Positions 39,801 to 47,297 of a stretch of 64,000 nucleotides of DNA are shown here, piece after piece. Source of the stretch: a candidate division FCPU426 bacterium (lineage in GTDB: Bacteria; Oederibacteriota; JAAXVQ01; JAUVAV01); contig JBFLYH010000003.1 in assembly GCA_040756875.1 (NCBI GenBank), forward strand, positions 64,001 through 128,000, given 5' to 3'. How positions within the stretch are numbered: the stretch's first letter is position 1; the number at the start of each line of letters is the position of its first letter. Below the pieces are notes generated by a model. The model worked only from the letters and a program-made list of their open reading frames with translations, was not told the DNA's origin and did no database searches. A program made the position numbers and the translations under genes.

Positions 39801-42800
39801 GTGGTCTCGCAGTAGGCGTTGCGCGCGAACGTCATCTGGTTGAGGCCGTTGTACGTGTTGGCCTGGATGTTGGTCTCGGTATTCCGGCTCGCGCCCAGGC
39901 CGTAGACGTTTTCGGCTTGGGAGCGTTCGGAAACGCCGTAGACCTCGTCGTCGTAATAGGTGGTGGTGGTGCCGTAATCATTGGCGGCCACGGTCGAACG
40001 GTTCAGGCCGTTCCAGACATTGGCATCGACGTCCGTGCCGGTTTTACGGCTCGCGCGGATGCCGAAGTTGTTGGCGGCGTCCGAATGCAGGGACACGCCG
40101 TACTCCCGGTCGTCGTAGTACGTGACCGTGGTCCCGTAGGCATTGGCGCCCGTGGTGACCGTATTCATGCCGTTGTACACATTCGCCAGGATGGCGGTGT
40201 GGGTCTGCAGCGTTGCGCCCAGCCCGAAGTTGTTTTCCACCCAGGATTCCACGGCCACGCCGTAGCTGTCGTCGTAGAACGAGGTGGTGGTGCCGTATTC
40301 GTTGACCGCCACGGTCTTTTCGTTCAAGCCCGTGTCATGGCTGGCGGTGATGACCGTGCGGGTCTGGCGGGTGGCGCCCAGGCCGAAATTATTGAACGCC
40401 ATGGATTCCTCCGCCACGCCGGATTTCTGATGGTCGTAGCGGGTCACGGTCATGCCGTAGGCGTTGCGGGCCACGGTCAGCTCGCTGAGACCGTTGTAAT
40501 GGTTGGAAGTGATCTTGGTCTTGTTTTCCCGGGTGGCGCCCAGGCCGAAATTATTGACGGCCAGGGATTCCTCGGCTGTGCCATATTTCAGGTCATCATA
40601 TTGGGTGGTGGTAACGCCGTACTCGTTCACAGCCACGGTTTCCTGGTTCAGGCCATTGTTGCGGTTGGCCTTGATCGCCGTGTGGGTTTGGCGGCCGGCG
40701 CCCAGGCCGTAGTTGTTGTCCGTGTCCGACGTCAGGGCCACGCCGCTGATCTGCTCGTCGTAGCGGGTCAGGGTGGTGCCGTAATCGTTCTTGGCCAGGG
40801 TTTCGCGGTTCAGGCCGTTGAAAATGTTGGCGGTAATCTGGGTGTGGGTCTTGAGCGTTTTGCCCAGGCCGAAGTTGTTGTCCGCGTCCGAGGTCAGGGC
40901 CACGCCGGTCTCTTCGCTTTCATAGCGCGTCACGGTGGTGCCGTACTCGTTGCGGGCCACGGTGACCTCATTGAGGCCGTTGAAGGTGTTCGCGCGGATG
41001 GCAGTCAAGGTTTCCTCGGTGGCGATCAGGCCGAAATTGTTGAGCGTATAGGAATGGGTGGCCACGCCGTAGCGGCCGCCCTCCAGGGCATCGTACTCGG
41101 TCAGGGTGAGGCCGTATTTGTTCTGCGCCTTGGTCCGCAGGTTCTGGCCGGTGTGGACATCCGCCTCGATCACGGTCGCGGTGTCCAGGGTGTACCCCAG
41201 CCCGAAGTTGTTGATGGAACGGCTCGAAACCGCCACGCCGTAAGGGCCTTCGCTCTCGGTGTCGAAATGGGTCAAGGTCCGGCCATAGGCGTTGTTGGCG
41301 ATGGTCTGCCGGGTCAGCCCGTGGCGGATGTCCAGGTCCACCTGGCTGTCCGTCAAACGCGTGGCCAGCAGGCCGAAATTATTCTCTGCAACCTGGCGGC
41401 TTTCCAGGCCGGTCACCGGATCGAAATTCAAGCTGGTGGTGGTGCCGTAGAGGCTGCGGGACACGCGGGAGGTGGTCATGCCCGTGTCCTTTTCGTACGT
41501 GGCCTGGGTGTAGGACTGGCGCGAGGCGCCCAATCCGATGGTGGCCTCCCGGTGGCTGCGGACCGCGTCGCCGTGGATGTCATAGTCGCTGGTGGTGGTG
41601 CCCAAATCGTCGGTGGTGATATTGCTCAGCAGGTGTCCTTCATTATCATATTCGAAGTCGTGGGACTCCTTGTAGCGCCCGTCCAATACCCCGTAATTGT
41701 CCTGTTGCTGCTGCACCTGGACCAGGGCGTCCCGGTCGAATTCCTTCTCCATGGTGGTCAGGAGGTTCTTGCTCCGGGCCTTGGTCATGAACCCTTCCCA
41801 ATCATATTCATTGAAGGTGACCGTATTGCGGCCGTACACCACTCCGTAATGGTCCAGGCGCAGGCTTTCCGTGGCCAGGGAGTCGCGGTTAAAGCGGGTG
41901 ACGGTCGCGCCTTTCAGGTCCGTTTCCTTGCTTACGGTCATGAAGCCTTCGTCATCGTACTCGTTGATCGACCACTGCTCACGGGCGTGCCCGTATTTGT
42001 TTTCCCGGTAGGAAACCGCGACCAGTTCGTCGATATTGTAGTAATTCTGGGTGAACCCGTTGATGTCGCGGGTTTCGCTGTAGGTCATGTAGCCGTTGCC
42101 GTCGTAATCGTAGGTGGAGTTTTCCACGCGGGGGAAACCGTATTTCTTGACGCGCTTGCTTTCCCGCATCAGGCCGTCTTCGTCGAATTTATTGTAGGAC
42201 GTGCCGCGCTGGTCGTCGGTCATGCTGGTTACCAGCTCGCCGGCCTCGTATTGATATGTCGTATATTTCCGCTTGGGGAACCCGTAAATGTCGATCCGTT
42301 CGCTGTCTTCCATCAGGCCGTCGCCGTCGTAATTGTTGCGGGTAAAGCCCCGGTTGTCGCGCTGGAAGCTCTTGGTCAGCTCGCCGCTGTCGTTGTAGAC
42401 GTTGCTGACCCAGTTCTCGCGGGGGAACCCATGGTGGTTGATGCGGTGCACGGTCTCGGACAGTTCGTAGGCATTGTAGGTGGTGATGCTTTTGCCTTTA
42501 ACGTCACGGGAAACGCTCTTGGAGAGGATGCCGTCGGTGTAGGTTCGTTCCTCCACCGAGCGGCGCGGGAAGCCGATCTGGTTGACCCTTGTGATCCGCA
42601 CTGGGTCCTCAAATTTGTTGTACTCCGTGCTGGTTTTGCCCTTGCGGTCCACCATCAGCGACAACGTCATGCGGCCGCGGGCGTACTGGTGGGTGGTTTC
42701 CTGAACCCGTCCCCATTTATCCTCCTGCAGGACGTGATAAGGCTTGCCGAACGCGTTATACAGGGTTTGCGAGGTGCCGTTCGGCCCGGTATCCTTGCTG

Positions 42801-44422
42801 GCCAGCAGGTGTTCCCCGACATATTCGTAGGTGGAAAGGGTTTGCAGGCCGTTGTTCTTGGTGAACACCACCTGCTCCGGCTGTTCGCTCTGGCCGCCGC
42901 GATAGGTCGTGGTGCGCACGCCGAAGGATTCCAACGTCTGGGAAATCCGGCGGCCCGTGCCGTCCAGCGAATAGCTGGTCGGCTCGACGATGCCGCTGTT
43001 CTTGACTTTCACTTTTTGGTCAGGCAGCTTGGTTTTGATGTCGAAATGGGTATAAGTCGTGCTCTTGTGGTCGATGGTCAGGCTGCTAATCAGGTTGTCC
43101 TGCTCGTCGTAGGCAAACAGCGACAGTTCATACTCGTTTTCGCTGCGGATGCGATTGCCCTTGGCGTCGTAGGTGTACTCCGTCCGCAGGCCGTCGTCGT
43201 CCGTCTTGGCGGTGACGCGGCCGTCGCGATCGTGCTCCTTGCGCACCTGCTGGGTGAAAGTCTGGGGGCCCACGGAGATGGTGATGGTTTCGAGAGAGGC
43301 CAGGATGTTGCCCTTGTCGTCCAGGACATAGGAGGTCTTGGTGTCCTGCCCCGCCTCCTTCACGCCGGTGATGCGCCCGGCCTCGTCGTAGTACGTGGTT
43401 TTTTCCTCGGGCTCGACGCCGGCTTCCTTTTTCACGGTCCGTTCGAACCGCGACCGGACCCGGCCGTTCTCGTCCACCGCATAGGTGTAGGTGTGGTCGC
43501 CGGTTTTGTCCTGCTGGCGGACCACGCGGCCGCTCTCGTCAAAGTCCTTGATCGTGACGTCCTCCACGGTGTGGCCGCCCTGGCCGCCGAGCAGTTTGCG
43601 TTCGGTCTTGCGGACCAGCTGGCCTTTGTCGTCGACCAGGTTCTGGTGCATAATGCGGACGCCGTCCTCCACGGATTCCACGACCTGGCCGTCCTTGAAT
43701 TGTTTTACCTTCACGTGGCCCCGGGTATCGCGCTCGGTGGTGGCCACGATGTCGCCCCGGGCGTCGCGTTCGTACTGGATATCGGTCCGCACTCCGTTTT
43801 CATCGACCTTGCTTTTAATGGAACCGGTGTCCGGTTCCAGGAACACCCGGAAGGTCTTGCCGGTCCCGAGCTCGCGTTCCACGTAGCTGGTGGTCTTGCC
43901 CTTGTGGTTTTTCTCGTACTGGCTGTAAAATTTGGTGCCCTGCGAGTTGGTGATCTGGATGATATTGCCCTGGGGGTCGAAGCTTTTGGTTTCCGTGCCG
44001 GCGCGGCCGGTTTTCACCAACTTAAGGATCGTCCCCTGGCTGGAGCGGAAATACTTCGTGCGCGAAATCAAGTCGCCGGCCGCATCGCGTTCCTCGACCG
44101 GCAATCCGTTTTCATACCGCGTGACTTTGCCGTCCTTGTCCTTGACTTCCTGCAGGCGTCCCTGACTGTCGTATTTCCTCGTCTCGCCGTCGGCAAGGAC
44201 CACGGTGACCACGGTTTGCCCTTCACCCAGGTCCATGACCTGGGTGCTCTTGATTTTTTTACCCATGTCGCGCAGCTGCTCGAGAATCGAACTCAGCAGC
44301 CGGTCGGACGCGGCTTGGGCAAAGGCCATGGGGCCCATCACCAGCCCAAAGACCAGCGCGCCTCCCAAGAGATAGCGCAGCATGCGCTTGGCGTCGAGTT
44401 GACTCGGATGATTGGAAGTCAT
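30815..44422 (-). CDS. Giant (4535 aa) secreted YD/RHS-like repeat protein with about 38 tandem 54-aa repeats
   Basis: Single open frame with a GAGGAGGGAG RBS and a Sec-type signal peptide (..PMAFAQA). YD-type repeats (YD.xG..) at both ends flank a central 162-nt periodic repeat. Confidence 0.9.
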   Translation of the reverse strand: MTSNHPSQLDAKRMLRYLLGGALVFGLVMGPMAFAQAASDRLLSSILEQLRDMGKKIKSTQVMDLGEGQTVVTVVLADGETRKYDSQGRLQEVKDKDGKVTRYENGLPVEERDAAGDLISRTKYFRSSQGTILKLVKTGRAGTETKSFDPQGNIIQITNSQGTKFYSQYEKNHKGKTTSYVERELGTGKTFRVFLEPDTGSIKSKVDENGVRTDIQYERDARGDIVATTERDTRGHVKVKQFKDGQVVESVEDGVRIMHQNLVDDKGQLVRKTERKLLGGQGGHTVEDVTIKDFDESGRVVRQQDKTGDHTYTYAVDENGRVRSRFERTVKKEAGVEPEEKTTYYDEAGRITGVKEAGQDTKTSYVLDDKGNILASLETITISVGPQTFTQQVRKEHDRDGRVTAKTDDDGLRTEYTYDAKGNRIRSENEYELSLFAYDEQDNLISSLTIDHKSTTYTHFDIKTKLPDQKVKVKNSGIVEPTSYSLDGTGRRISQTLESFGVRTTTYRGGQSEQPEQVVFTKNNGLQTLSTYEYVGEHLLASKDTGPNGTSQTLYNAFGKPYHVLQEDKWGRVQETTHQYARGRMTLSLMVDRKGKTSTEYNKFEDPVRITRVNQIGFPRRSVEERTYTDGILSKSVSRDVKGKSITTYNAYELSETVHRINHHGFPRENWVSNVYNDSGELTKSFQRDNRGFTRNNYDGDGLMEDSERIDIYGFPKRKYTTYQYEAGELVTSMTDDQRGTSYNKFDEDGLMRESKRVKKYGFPRVENSTYDYDGNGYMTYSETRDINGFTQNYYNIDELVAVSYRENKYGHAREQWSINEYDDEGFMTVSKETDLKGATVTRFNRDSLATESLRLDHYGVVYGRNTVTFNEYDWEGFMTKARSKNLLTTMEKEFDRDALVQVQQQQDNYGVLDGRYKESHDFEYDNEGHLLSNITTDDLGTTTSDYDIHGDAVRSHREATIGLGASRQSYTQATYEKDTGMTTSRVSRSLYGTTTSLNFDPVTGLESRQVAENNFGLLATRLTDSQVDLDIRHGLTRQTIANNAYGRTLTHFDTESEGPYGVAVSSRSINNFGLGYTLDTATVIEADVHTGQNLRTKAQNKYGLTLTEYDALEGGRYGVATHSYTLNNFGLIATEETLTAIRANTFNGLNEVTVARNEYGTTVTRYESEETGVALTSDADNNFGLGKTLKTHTQITANIFNGLNRETLAKNDYGTTLTRYDEQISGVALTSDTDNNYGLGAGRQTHTAIKANRNNGLNQETVAVNEYGVTTTQYDDLKYGTAEESLAVNNFGLGATRENKTKITSNHYNGLSELTVARNAYGMTVTRYDHQKSGVAEESMAFNNFGLGATRQTRTVITASHDTGLNEKTVAVNEYGTTTSFYDDSYGVAVESWVENNFGLGATLQTHTAILANVYNGMNTVTTGANAYGTTVTYYDDREYGVSLHSDAANNFGIRASRKTGTDVDANVWNGLNRSTVAANDYGTTTTYYDDEVYGVSERSQAENVYGLGASRNTETNIQANTYNGLNQMTFARNAYCETTTSYDDVHSGVSLQSFALNYFGLGATRKTLTDIQANTYNGLNEQTYAVNDYGTTRTIYDSEEFGVATASYAQNNFGLGATLRSQTKITANLDNGLNDHTFASNEYGNTLTLFDNEDSGVAVQSLTLNNFGLMDTRFTHTQVAANHWNGLNRETFASNQYGQTLTRYDDAVYGVAQTSEAANNFGIGAARQTHTEISANTWNGLNRETLATSRYSTTKTEFEEQKTGVALNSVADNNFGLGATRHTETDIEANTYNGLNEWTLANSDYGWTYTDFDGDHYGVAEQTLALNNFGLKSTRLTATHINANIENGLNNTTLAENYYGQTYTVYDNENFGTARWSVADNNYGLLDTRHTYSSIQADTDTGLNRSTIAVNDYSRTVTEYDHAASGVAVASHAENNFGLGASQFTDTVVTANTWNGLNIQTDALNAYGRSLTLYDSASTGIAQQSFGWNNFGLGASRYSETAIEANDWNGLNIRTTARNAYSLTRTEYDEAETGKAEESVAENYFGLGSTRLTRTEINASRHNGLNISTRAENDYGTTWTFFDEQQSGVAEWSLAQNNFGLGASRLTFTDIDANTYSGLNTRTTAINAYGRTTTNYDDRDAGVATHSLAENNFGLYATRITQTSVTANVWNGLNRETSAVNDYGTTVTRYDDQFYGTAVNSDALNRYGLGATRNTHTEMVCNTWNGLNRSTTATNRYGETVTRYDEQRSGVSLESNAVNYFGLLTTRTTRTEIDASDWNGLNRETKAVNGYGTTWTYYDAASTGVAERSLAQNVYGIGASRLTETEITANLQTGLNTTTRAVNAYGTTVTQFDDDNYGVSVFSRSSNNFGLGAAKETDTTIVANTDTGLNQYTIGCNNYGTTLTQYDDEHYGTSETSLSWNNYGIEDARVTLTTIDANVATGLNRQTQAASRYSSVITNFDDTSTGVTRESWTTNNFGIVASRQTYTSVSANTWNGLNRETNAANAYGSTYTRYDDQRSGVSQYSLANNNFGIRASRSTYTTITANQENGLNRQTVASNAYGRTTTLYDDVTYGVTVRSMAENNYGLGAARRTQTYSEVNLKNGLNTRTFAVNDYGWTETFFESQNFGVPDWSRAHNNYGLGATRDNVSDITASAYSGLNIRSVAYTSYGTTITDFDSANYGTATTSVTSNHFGLAATRVTTTNIIGSPDTGLNIRTEAWSAYSFIRTDYDYLGYGTVTGSYTRNNFGFGAARETWTTRSVVNKFNGLNKETETLNAYGRTVTVFDDEDTGLALYNLTANNFGLGLTRNTRTVNNINPWNGLNQATLATNGYGTTITLYDDQNYGQAYESFAETHYGLLSTRITHTILDARKDNGLNNSSVAINDYSVTVTRFDGTNTGKATSSDTIQYWGLLAVRSTHTDINASDYTGQNVSTVATNQYGRTESYYKWWGSGSIDYSVADNNYGALGSRHTTTVFNVNENTGVNNYTVSTAHDKNNPNRVLSVTTTYYDPTYGINTYSVSDNKYGARLASLTTTVFTTNRWTGINYWTSATNGMSSTVTEYDTLCGNARGSVSDSYRGATFGRHVETIIDSSKTTGLNRATYSHSMLSDSWTTYDSNGFQDAAVTKMNEGITLNYAVWTLNDYTMDSWTGLMAASTAVNNLSTTYSTYDQNGFINQSWNYSLYGIVYMTYTTYTPDLQTGFNASSVATAYSAINSNYALSSTTTYYDGHGMAWQAVNHSFSGPLAGRIKTTTMTNDIETGVKTYSYTTCDLSNSQTWSNAKGVDLKTISNSYIGPYNGRTTTDWTVNYSENTGIRTESYSESGLNQTHAWFNEHGVPRAGVYQEKRSFYGAAEGAYYETTEVADSGAEDLHWSGNPKKTITRTAISVSENYNDANGFTTGSWTGNLYGALGDALTYTSYNVNPHTGLNSSSWQYKYSSPGVRYGSAQTYSAYEPQFGVATYMQAWNRKGDVTTTTTGFNPYTGMTNYSRTTGKNDYVHTGGSYDAHGRKGSSSTSQTVGSGKKKSTDTYYSSYSYNNWTGLLKKEVRWGSQNKTVFYDIHGVENSSYGDSSWYPSGQVREVTHYYGNDNYGDPTTAAVSYSGAGYGQTMTIIQHDITRDENQDRLTTMPRWAEVVYDYGNYVTNATVIYNLTDNGPISATITDNQGSEVWTINGGYEQSSIQVRSRVNKDGSTFTWVYTDTPTGPFHTSADISYTLYMGLHNGVGMETYTTTGILTHQVLNNTETWDEDITFQNDGTYVTTASGQREDGVTTTYSYTGMNEIAASADDKGVTTWDVPTQRRTSTTGGLGTFTYTYSGAALVGIQGETAAGGQVKMDQYWNVQEWTDSQGVVHRYTATTKNKVYVTSGTETFTDKNGTVWNGTIQYASKGFYFAGETLVAQNAKADAPTADGLVSMDKNAAANLIRTLIAEHNPEKETYTWKAPGETASPKTLAEYKLAKFSTGDVTGYADVVVTVQADGTAVAEYRNIRYTEAQFTKRNRYRPASSSRSYTVVSDTQPTVGDYRDMSKYNNVFYTGDVGKVTKVTGSEQVEVGRQQTTVYVEVVQQDDPATPENEYREVIHDQQAYDTTGKALYTPRTTETILYSTKWTVSEESWYKVSDGWMWTDANEDVTQFYDNPLQSTVVTVNASPFGQEGLATAAATNLRKYHTSWGNKAGGVSLAGGLTAGTQAGSGKAREGVQAAGATQVIGTGTIGKALGSSVPGTVAQTASDAYNKVFGGLLDASLLKRLLAPVTGAPAVEETRATLAGAPAVSPQADIALMVDKNVKQAAEIKRDDQGRVVQAVDDRGLTHDFTYEAQGFTQTIKYADRTLCVRFYDNSGQLKSENVDGRSRVFDYGADGRMTLTERTAAGTVTLEYDADGQLLQFTQANQKTVYQYGDKSANAYTATVYGPSGGFLESRNYQNGKLISKKTASGSVVKYNYLSDDDGKVLAVTQEVTDTDGAKTYMKYNGDGRLITATGKHASRVIKMAEEGTLSEAAFKFELLGKDPFEEQRLEGMRLMNQSPAFAPLKP
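35190..41383 (-). repeat. Coding tandem repeat array, about 38 x 54 aa (162 nt)
   Basis: Consensus NNFGLGAtRxTxTxIxANxxNGLNxxTxAxNxYGxTxTxYDDxxxGVAxxSxAx, counted by hand in the translation. Confidence 0.9.
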
Positions 44423-44497
44423 ACTCGCTCCCTCCTCGATAACCCGGAAATTTACAAAAACGCAAATAAATGCGCGAATTTATTATCTTTCGACTGA

Positions 44498-44526
44498 AGT
44501 ATATCATAGGAAAAATGCCATTGCAA
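44498..44526 (-). promoter_or_regulatory. Sigma70-type promoter of the giant gene
   Basis: TTGCAA-N17-TATACT with an extended -10 TG, in an AT-rich spacer. Confidence 0.65.
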
Positions 44527-44683
44527 ATCGGCGGATTAATTAAAACCCTTTAAAATGAAGGGTTTTCGTGGAACGCAGCCAAATTGACGCCACTTGTAAA
44601 AAACCGGGAATTCATCGGAAGAAATAATCCAAAAAAATGTTAGTTTCTTCGGAATCCCGGACTGACGGATGAAAAAAGGCGGG

Positions 44684-45238
44684 TTATTTGGACTTTTTTG
44701 GGGAACCGGAGGAATTGAATTGCACCAAAGACACTGCAAAGGCAGCCAGGCCTTCTTGGCGGCCCACAAACCCCAACCCCTCATTGGTCGTGGCTTTAAC
44801 CGCAACCTGGTCCGGGAGAATCCCCAGGGCTTTGGCCATACGTCGCCGCATGAGTGCAACCTTGCCGGCGATCTTGGGTGCCTCGGCCACCAGCGAGCAG
44901 TCCAGGTTGACGACACTCACGCCCCGCGCGCGCAATATCCCGCCGACCTGGCGGAGAAAATCCAGCGAATTGCGCCGGCGGTGGCGGGGGTCGGTGTTCG
45001 GAAACCAGGTGCCGATATCGGCAAAGCCCGAGGCGCCCAGCAGCGCGTCGCACGCCGCATGCAGCAGCACATCCGCGTCCGAGTGCCCTTCCAGGGAAAA
45101 ACCCGCGTTTGGAAACGCCACGCCGCCGAGCTTAAGGTCGCGGCCCGGCCGGGTCCGGTGCACGTCGTAGCCGAAGCCCACGCGGAACGCGGGCGCGGTC
45201 AGGGTTTGCAGTTTACTTTTTTGACGCCGATCCACCAT
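44684..45238 (-). CDS. ispF: 2-C-methyl-D-erythritol 2,4-cyclodiphosphate synthase
   Basis: Motifs 'GFGYDVH', 'GHSDADVLLHA', 'DIG' and 'KATTNEGLGF'. Start position uncertain. Confidence 0.93.
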   Translation of the reverse strand: MVDRRQKSKLQTLTAPAFRVGFGYDVHRTRPGRDLKLGGVAFPNAGFSLEGHSDADVLLHAACDALLGASGFADIGTWFPNTDPRHRRRNSLDFLRQVGGILRARGVSVVNLDCSLVAEAPKIAGKVALMRRRMAKALGILPDQVAVKATTNEGLGFVGRQEGLAAFAVSLVQFNSSGSPKKSK

Positions 45239-45906
45239 TCCGCCAACTCCAGGTCATGGGACCTTGTGATTTTAAAATTGATCGCTTCCCCCTCGACCAC
45301 GGACACGGGCTGCCCCGCCAATTCCACCAGTCCGGCGTCGTCGGTCGCGGCCAGGTTGTCCTTCCAGGCGTGCTGGTAAGCCTGGCGCAGCACGGCGCTT
45401 TGGAACCCCTGCGGCGTCTGCACGGCCACGAGGTTGCGCCGGTCCACCGTGCCTTCAATGCGCCCCTCGGCGCTCACGCGTTTGAGCGTATCCACGACCG
45501 GAAGCCCGGGCACGGACGCGCCGGTCCGCGCGGCGGCTTCGGCCACGCGGCGGATGAGCGCCGCGCTGGCGAACGGCCGGGCGGCGTCGTGAACCAGCAC
45601 CAACTCCGCGTCGCCGGACAGGGCGTCCATGCCGTTGCGCACGGAATCCTGGCGCCTGGGGCCCGCGTCCGCGATCTCGCGCACCTTGCCGTTGTCCGGA
45701 AGCTGCCTGACTTCCTTCCACGCCCGCTCCGCCTGGCCGGCCGGGACCACCAGGATCACGCCCGAAACTTCAGGCAGGCCGGCGAACGTCCTGAGGCTGT
45801 ACATATAGAGCGGCAGGCCTGCCAGGGCAAGAAACGCCTTGGGCTGCGGTTGTTGCATTCGCCGACCCTGCCCGCCGGCCACCAGGATCACTTCCCATTT
45901 CGCCAT
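45199..45906 (-). CDS. ispD: 2-C-methyl-D-erythritol 4-phosphate cytidylyltransferase
   Basis: Motifs 'AGGQGRRM', 'RQDSV', 'VHDAARP', 'QTPQGF' and 'NFKIT'. Confidence 0.95.
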   Translation of the reverse strand: MAKWEVILVAGGQGRRMQQPQPKAFLALAGLPLYMYSLRTFAGLPEVSGVILVVPAGQAERAWKEVRQLPDNGKVREIADAGPRRQDSVRNGMDALSGDAELVLVHDAARPFASAALIRRVAEAAARTGASVPGLPVVDTLKRVSAEGRIEGTVDRRNLVAVQTPQGFQSAVLRQAYQHAWKDNLAATDDAGLVELAGQPVSVVEGEAINFKITRSHDLELAEWWIGVKKVNCKP

Positions 45907-45926
45907 CGCAATGGCTCCTTCGCATT

Positions 45927-47297
45927 TCAGCCGCGGACCGCGGCCAGGGCTTCGGCCAGCGTGGCCACGCCCACGATATCCATACCCGGCGGCGTTTTCA
46001 GATCCGCAAGGTTCGGGCCGGGCACCAGGCAGCGCTGGAACCCCAGCTGCTGCGCCTCCCGGCAGCGCCGCTCGGCCTGGGACACGGCGCGAATGTCCCC
46101 GCCCAGGCTCACCTCGCCCATGACCGCCAGGGACGGTGGCAGCGGCTGGTCCTTGAGGCTCGACGCCACGGCCAGGGCCACGGCCAGATCCACGGCCGGC
46201 TCGGTGACCGAGAGGCCGCCGGCCACGGACAGAAAGACATCCTGGCCGCCGACCGAAATCCCGGCGCGCCGTTCCAGCACGGCCAAAAGCAGGCAGCAGC
46301 GGTTGTAATCCAGGCCCGAAACCCGGCGCTGCGGCATGCCGAAATACGCGGTCGCGGTCAGGGCTTGGATTTCCACCAAGAGCGGCCGGGTGCCTTCCAG
46401 GCTCACGGCCACGGCCGAACCCGCGGCGCCCGGATGGCGCTCCTTGAGCAGCCAGCGGGAGGGATCAGGCACGGCCTGGAGGCCGCTGGCCGTCATCTCG
46501 AACAAGCCGACTTCATTGGTGGAGCCAAAACGGTTCTTCACGGTCCGCAGCACGCGGTACCCCTGCTGGCGGTCGCCCTCGAAATACAGCACCGTATCCA
46601 CCAGGTGCTCCAGCACCCGCGGCCCGGCCAGCACGCCTTCCTTGGTCACGTGCCCGACCAGGAGGATGGCCGGCCCGTCGGCCTTGGCGCAGGCCAGCAG
46701 GGCCTGGCCGCATTCGCGGATTTGGCTCACGGACCCGGGCACTGCGCCCTGATCCGGATGGGTCAGGGTTTGAATGGAATCCACGACCACCACGGCCGGC
46801 CGCTGGGCCGCGATGGCGCCCAGGATCTCGTCCACCCGGGTTTCGCACAGAAGCCAGAGCGAATCCGGCGCCGAACCCAGCCGTCCGGCCCTCAGGCTGA
46901 TCTGGCCGGCTGATTCCTCGCCGCTCACGTACAGCACCGGCAGGCCGCTTTGGGCCAGGCTGAAAACCGCCTGGAGCAACAAAGTGGATTTGCCGATGCC
47001 CGGATCGCCGCCGATGAGGACCAAGGACCCCGGCACCAGCCCGCCGCCCAGCACCCGGTCGAATTCCTCGAGACCGGTCCGCAGGCGGCCGGTTTCCTGT
47101 CGCGACACCTCGTTCAAGCGCAGGGGCGGGCGGCTGGGTGCCGGCACGGCTGCGCTGGACGGCCGCGCGGCCTGGCGCTCCTCGGCGAACGAGTTCCACG
47201 CGCCGCAGGCCGGGCAGCGCCCCAGCCATTTGGGCGAAGGCTGCCCGCACGCCTGGCACACGAACTGGAGCTTGGCCTTGGCCTGCCGTGCGCTCAT
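45927..47297 (-). CDS. radA: DNA repair protein RadA/Sms
   Basis: Zn finger CxxC..CxxC; 'GDPGIGKST'; 'KNRFG'. ATGA overlap with the mlaD stop. Confidence 0.96.
   Translation of the reverse strand: MSARQAKAKLQFVCQACGQPSPKWLGRCPACGAWNSFAEERQAARPSSAAVPAPSRPPLRLNEVSRQETGRLRTGLEEFDRVLGGGLVPGSLVLIGGDPGIGKSTLLLQAVFSLAQSGLPVLYVSGEESAGQISLRAGRLGSAPDSLWLLCETRVDEILGAIAAQRPAVVVVDSIQTLTHPDQGAVPGSVSQIRECGQALLACAKADGPAILLVGHVTKEGVLAGPRVLEHLVDTVLYFEGDRQQGYRVLRTVKNRFGSTNEVGLFEMTASGLQAVPDPSRWLLKERHPGAAGSAVAVSLEGTRPLLVEIQALTATAYFGMPQRRVSGLDYNRCCLLLAVLERRAGISVGGQDVFLSVAGGLSVTEPAVDLAVALAVASSLKDQPLPPSLAVMGEVSLGGDIRAVSQAERRCREAQQLGFQRCLVPGPNLADLKTPPGMDIVGVATLAEALAAVRG

Noticed and set aside
35190-41383. 162-nt periodic DNA repeats as a CRISPR array or DGR template/variable repeats
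   Set aside because: The repeats are degenerate at synonymous positions and lie in one open frame, so they are protein repeats. No cas or reverse transcriptase gene is in the window.
39227-44497. 1756-aa plus-strand ORF, and the many other long antisense or alternative-frame ORFs in the track
   Set aside because: These are shadow ORFs expected opposite GC-rich genes. They have no recognisable motifs and overlap well-supported CDSs completely.
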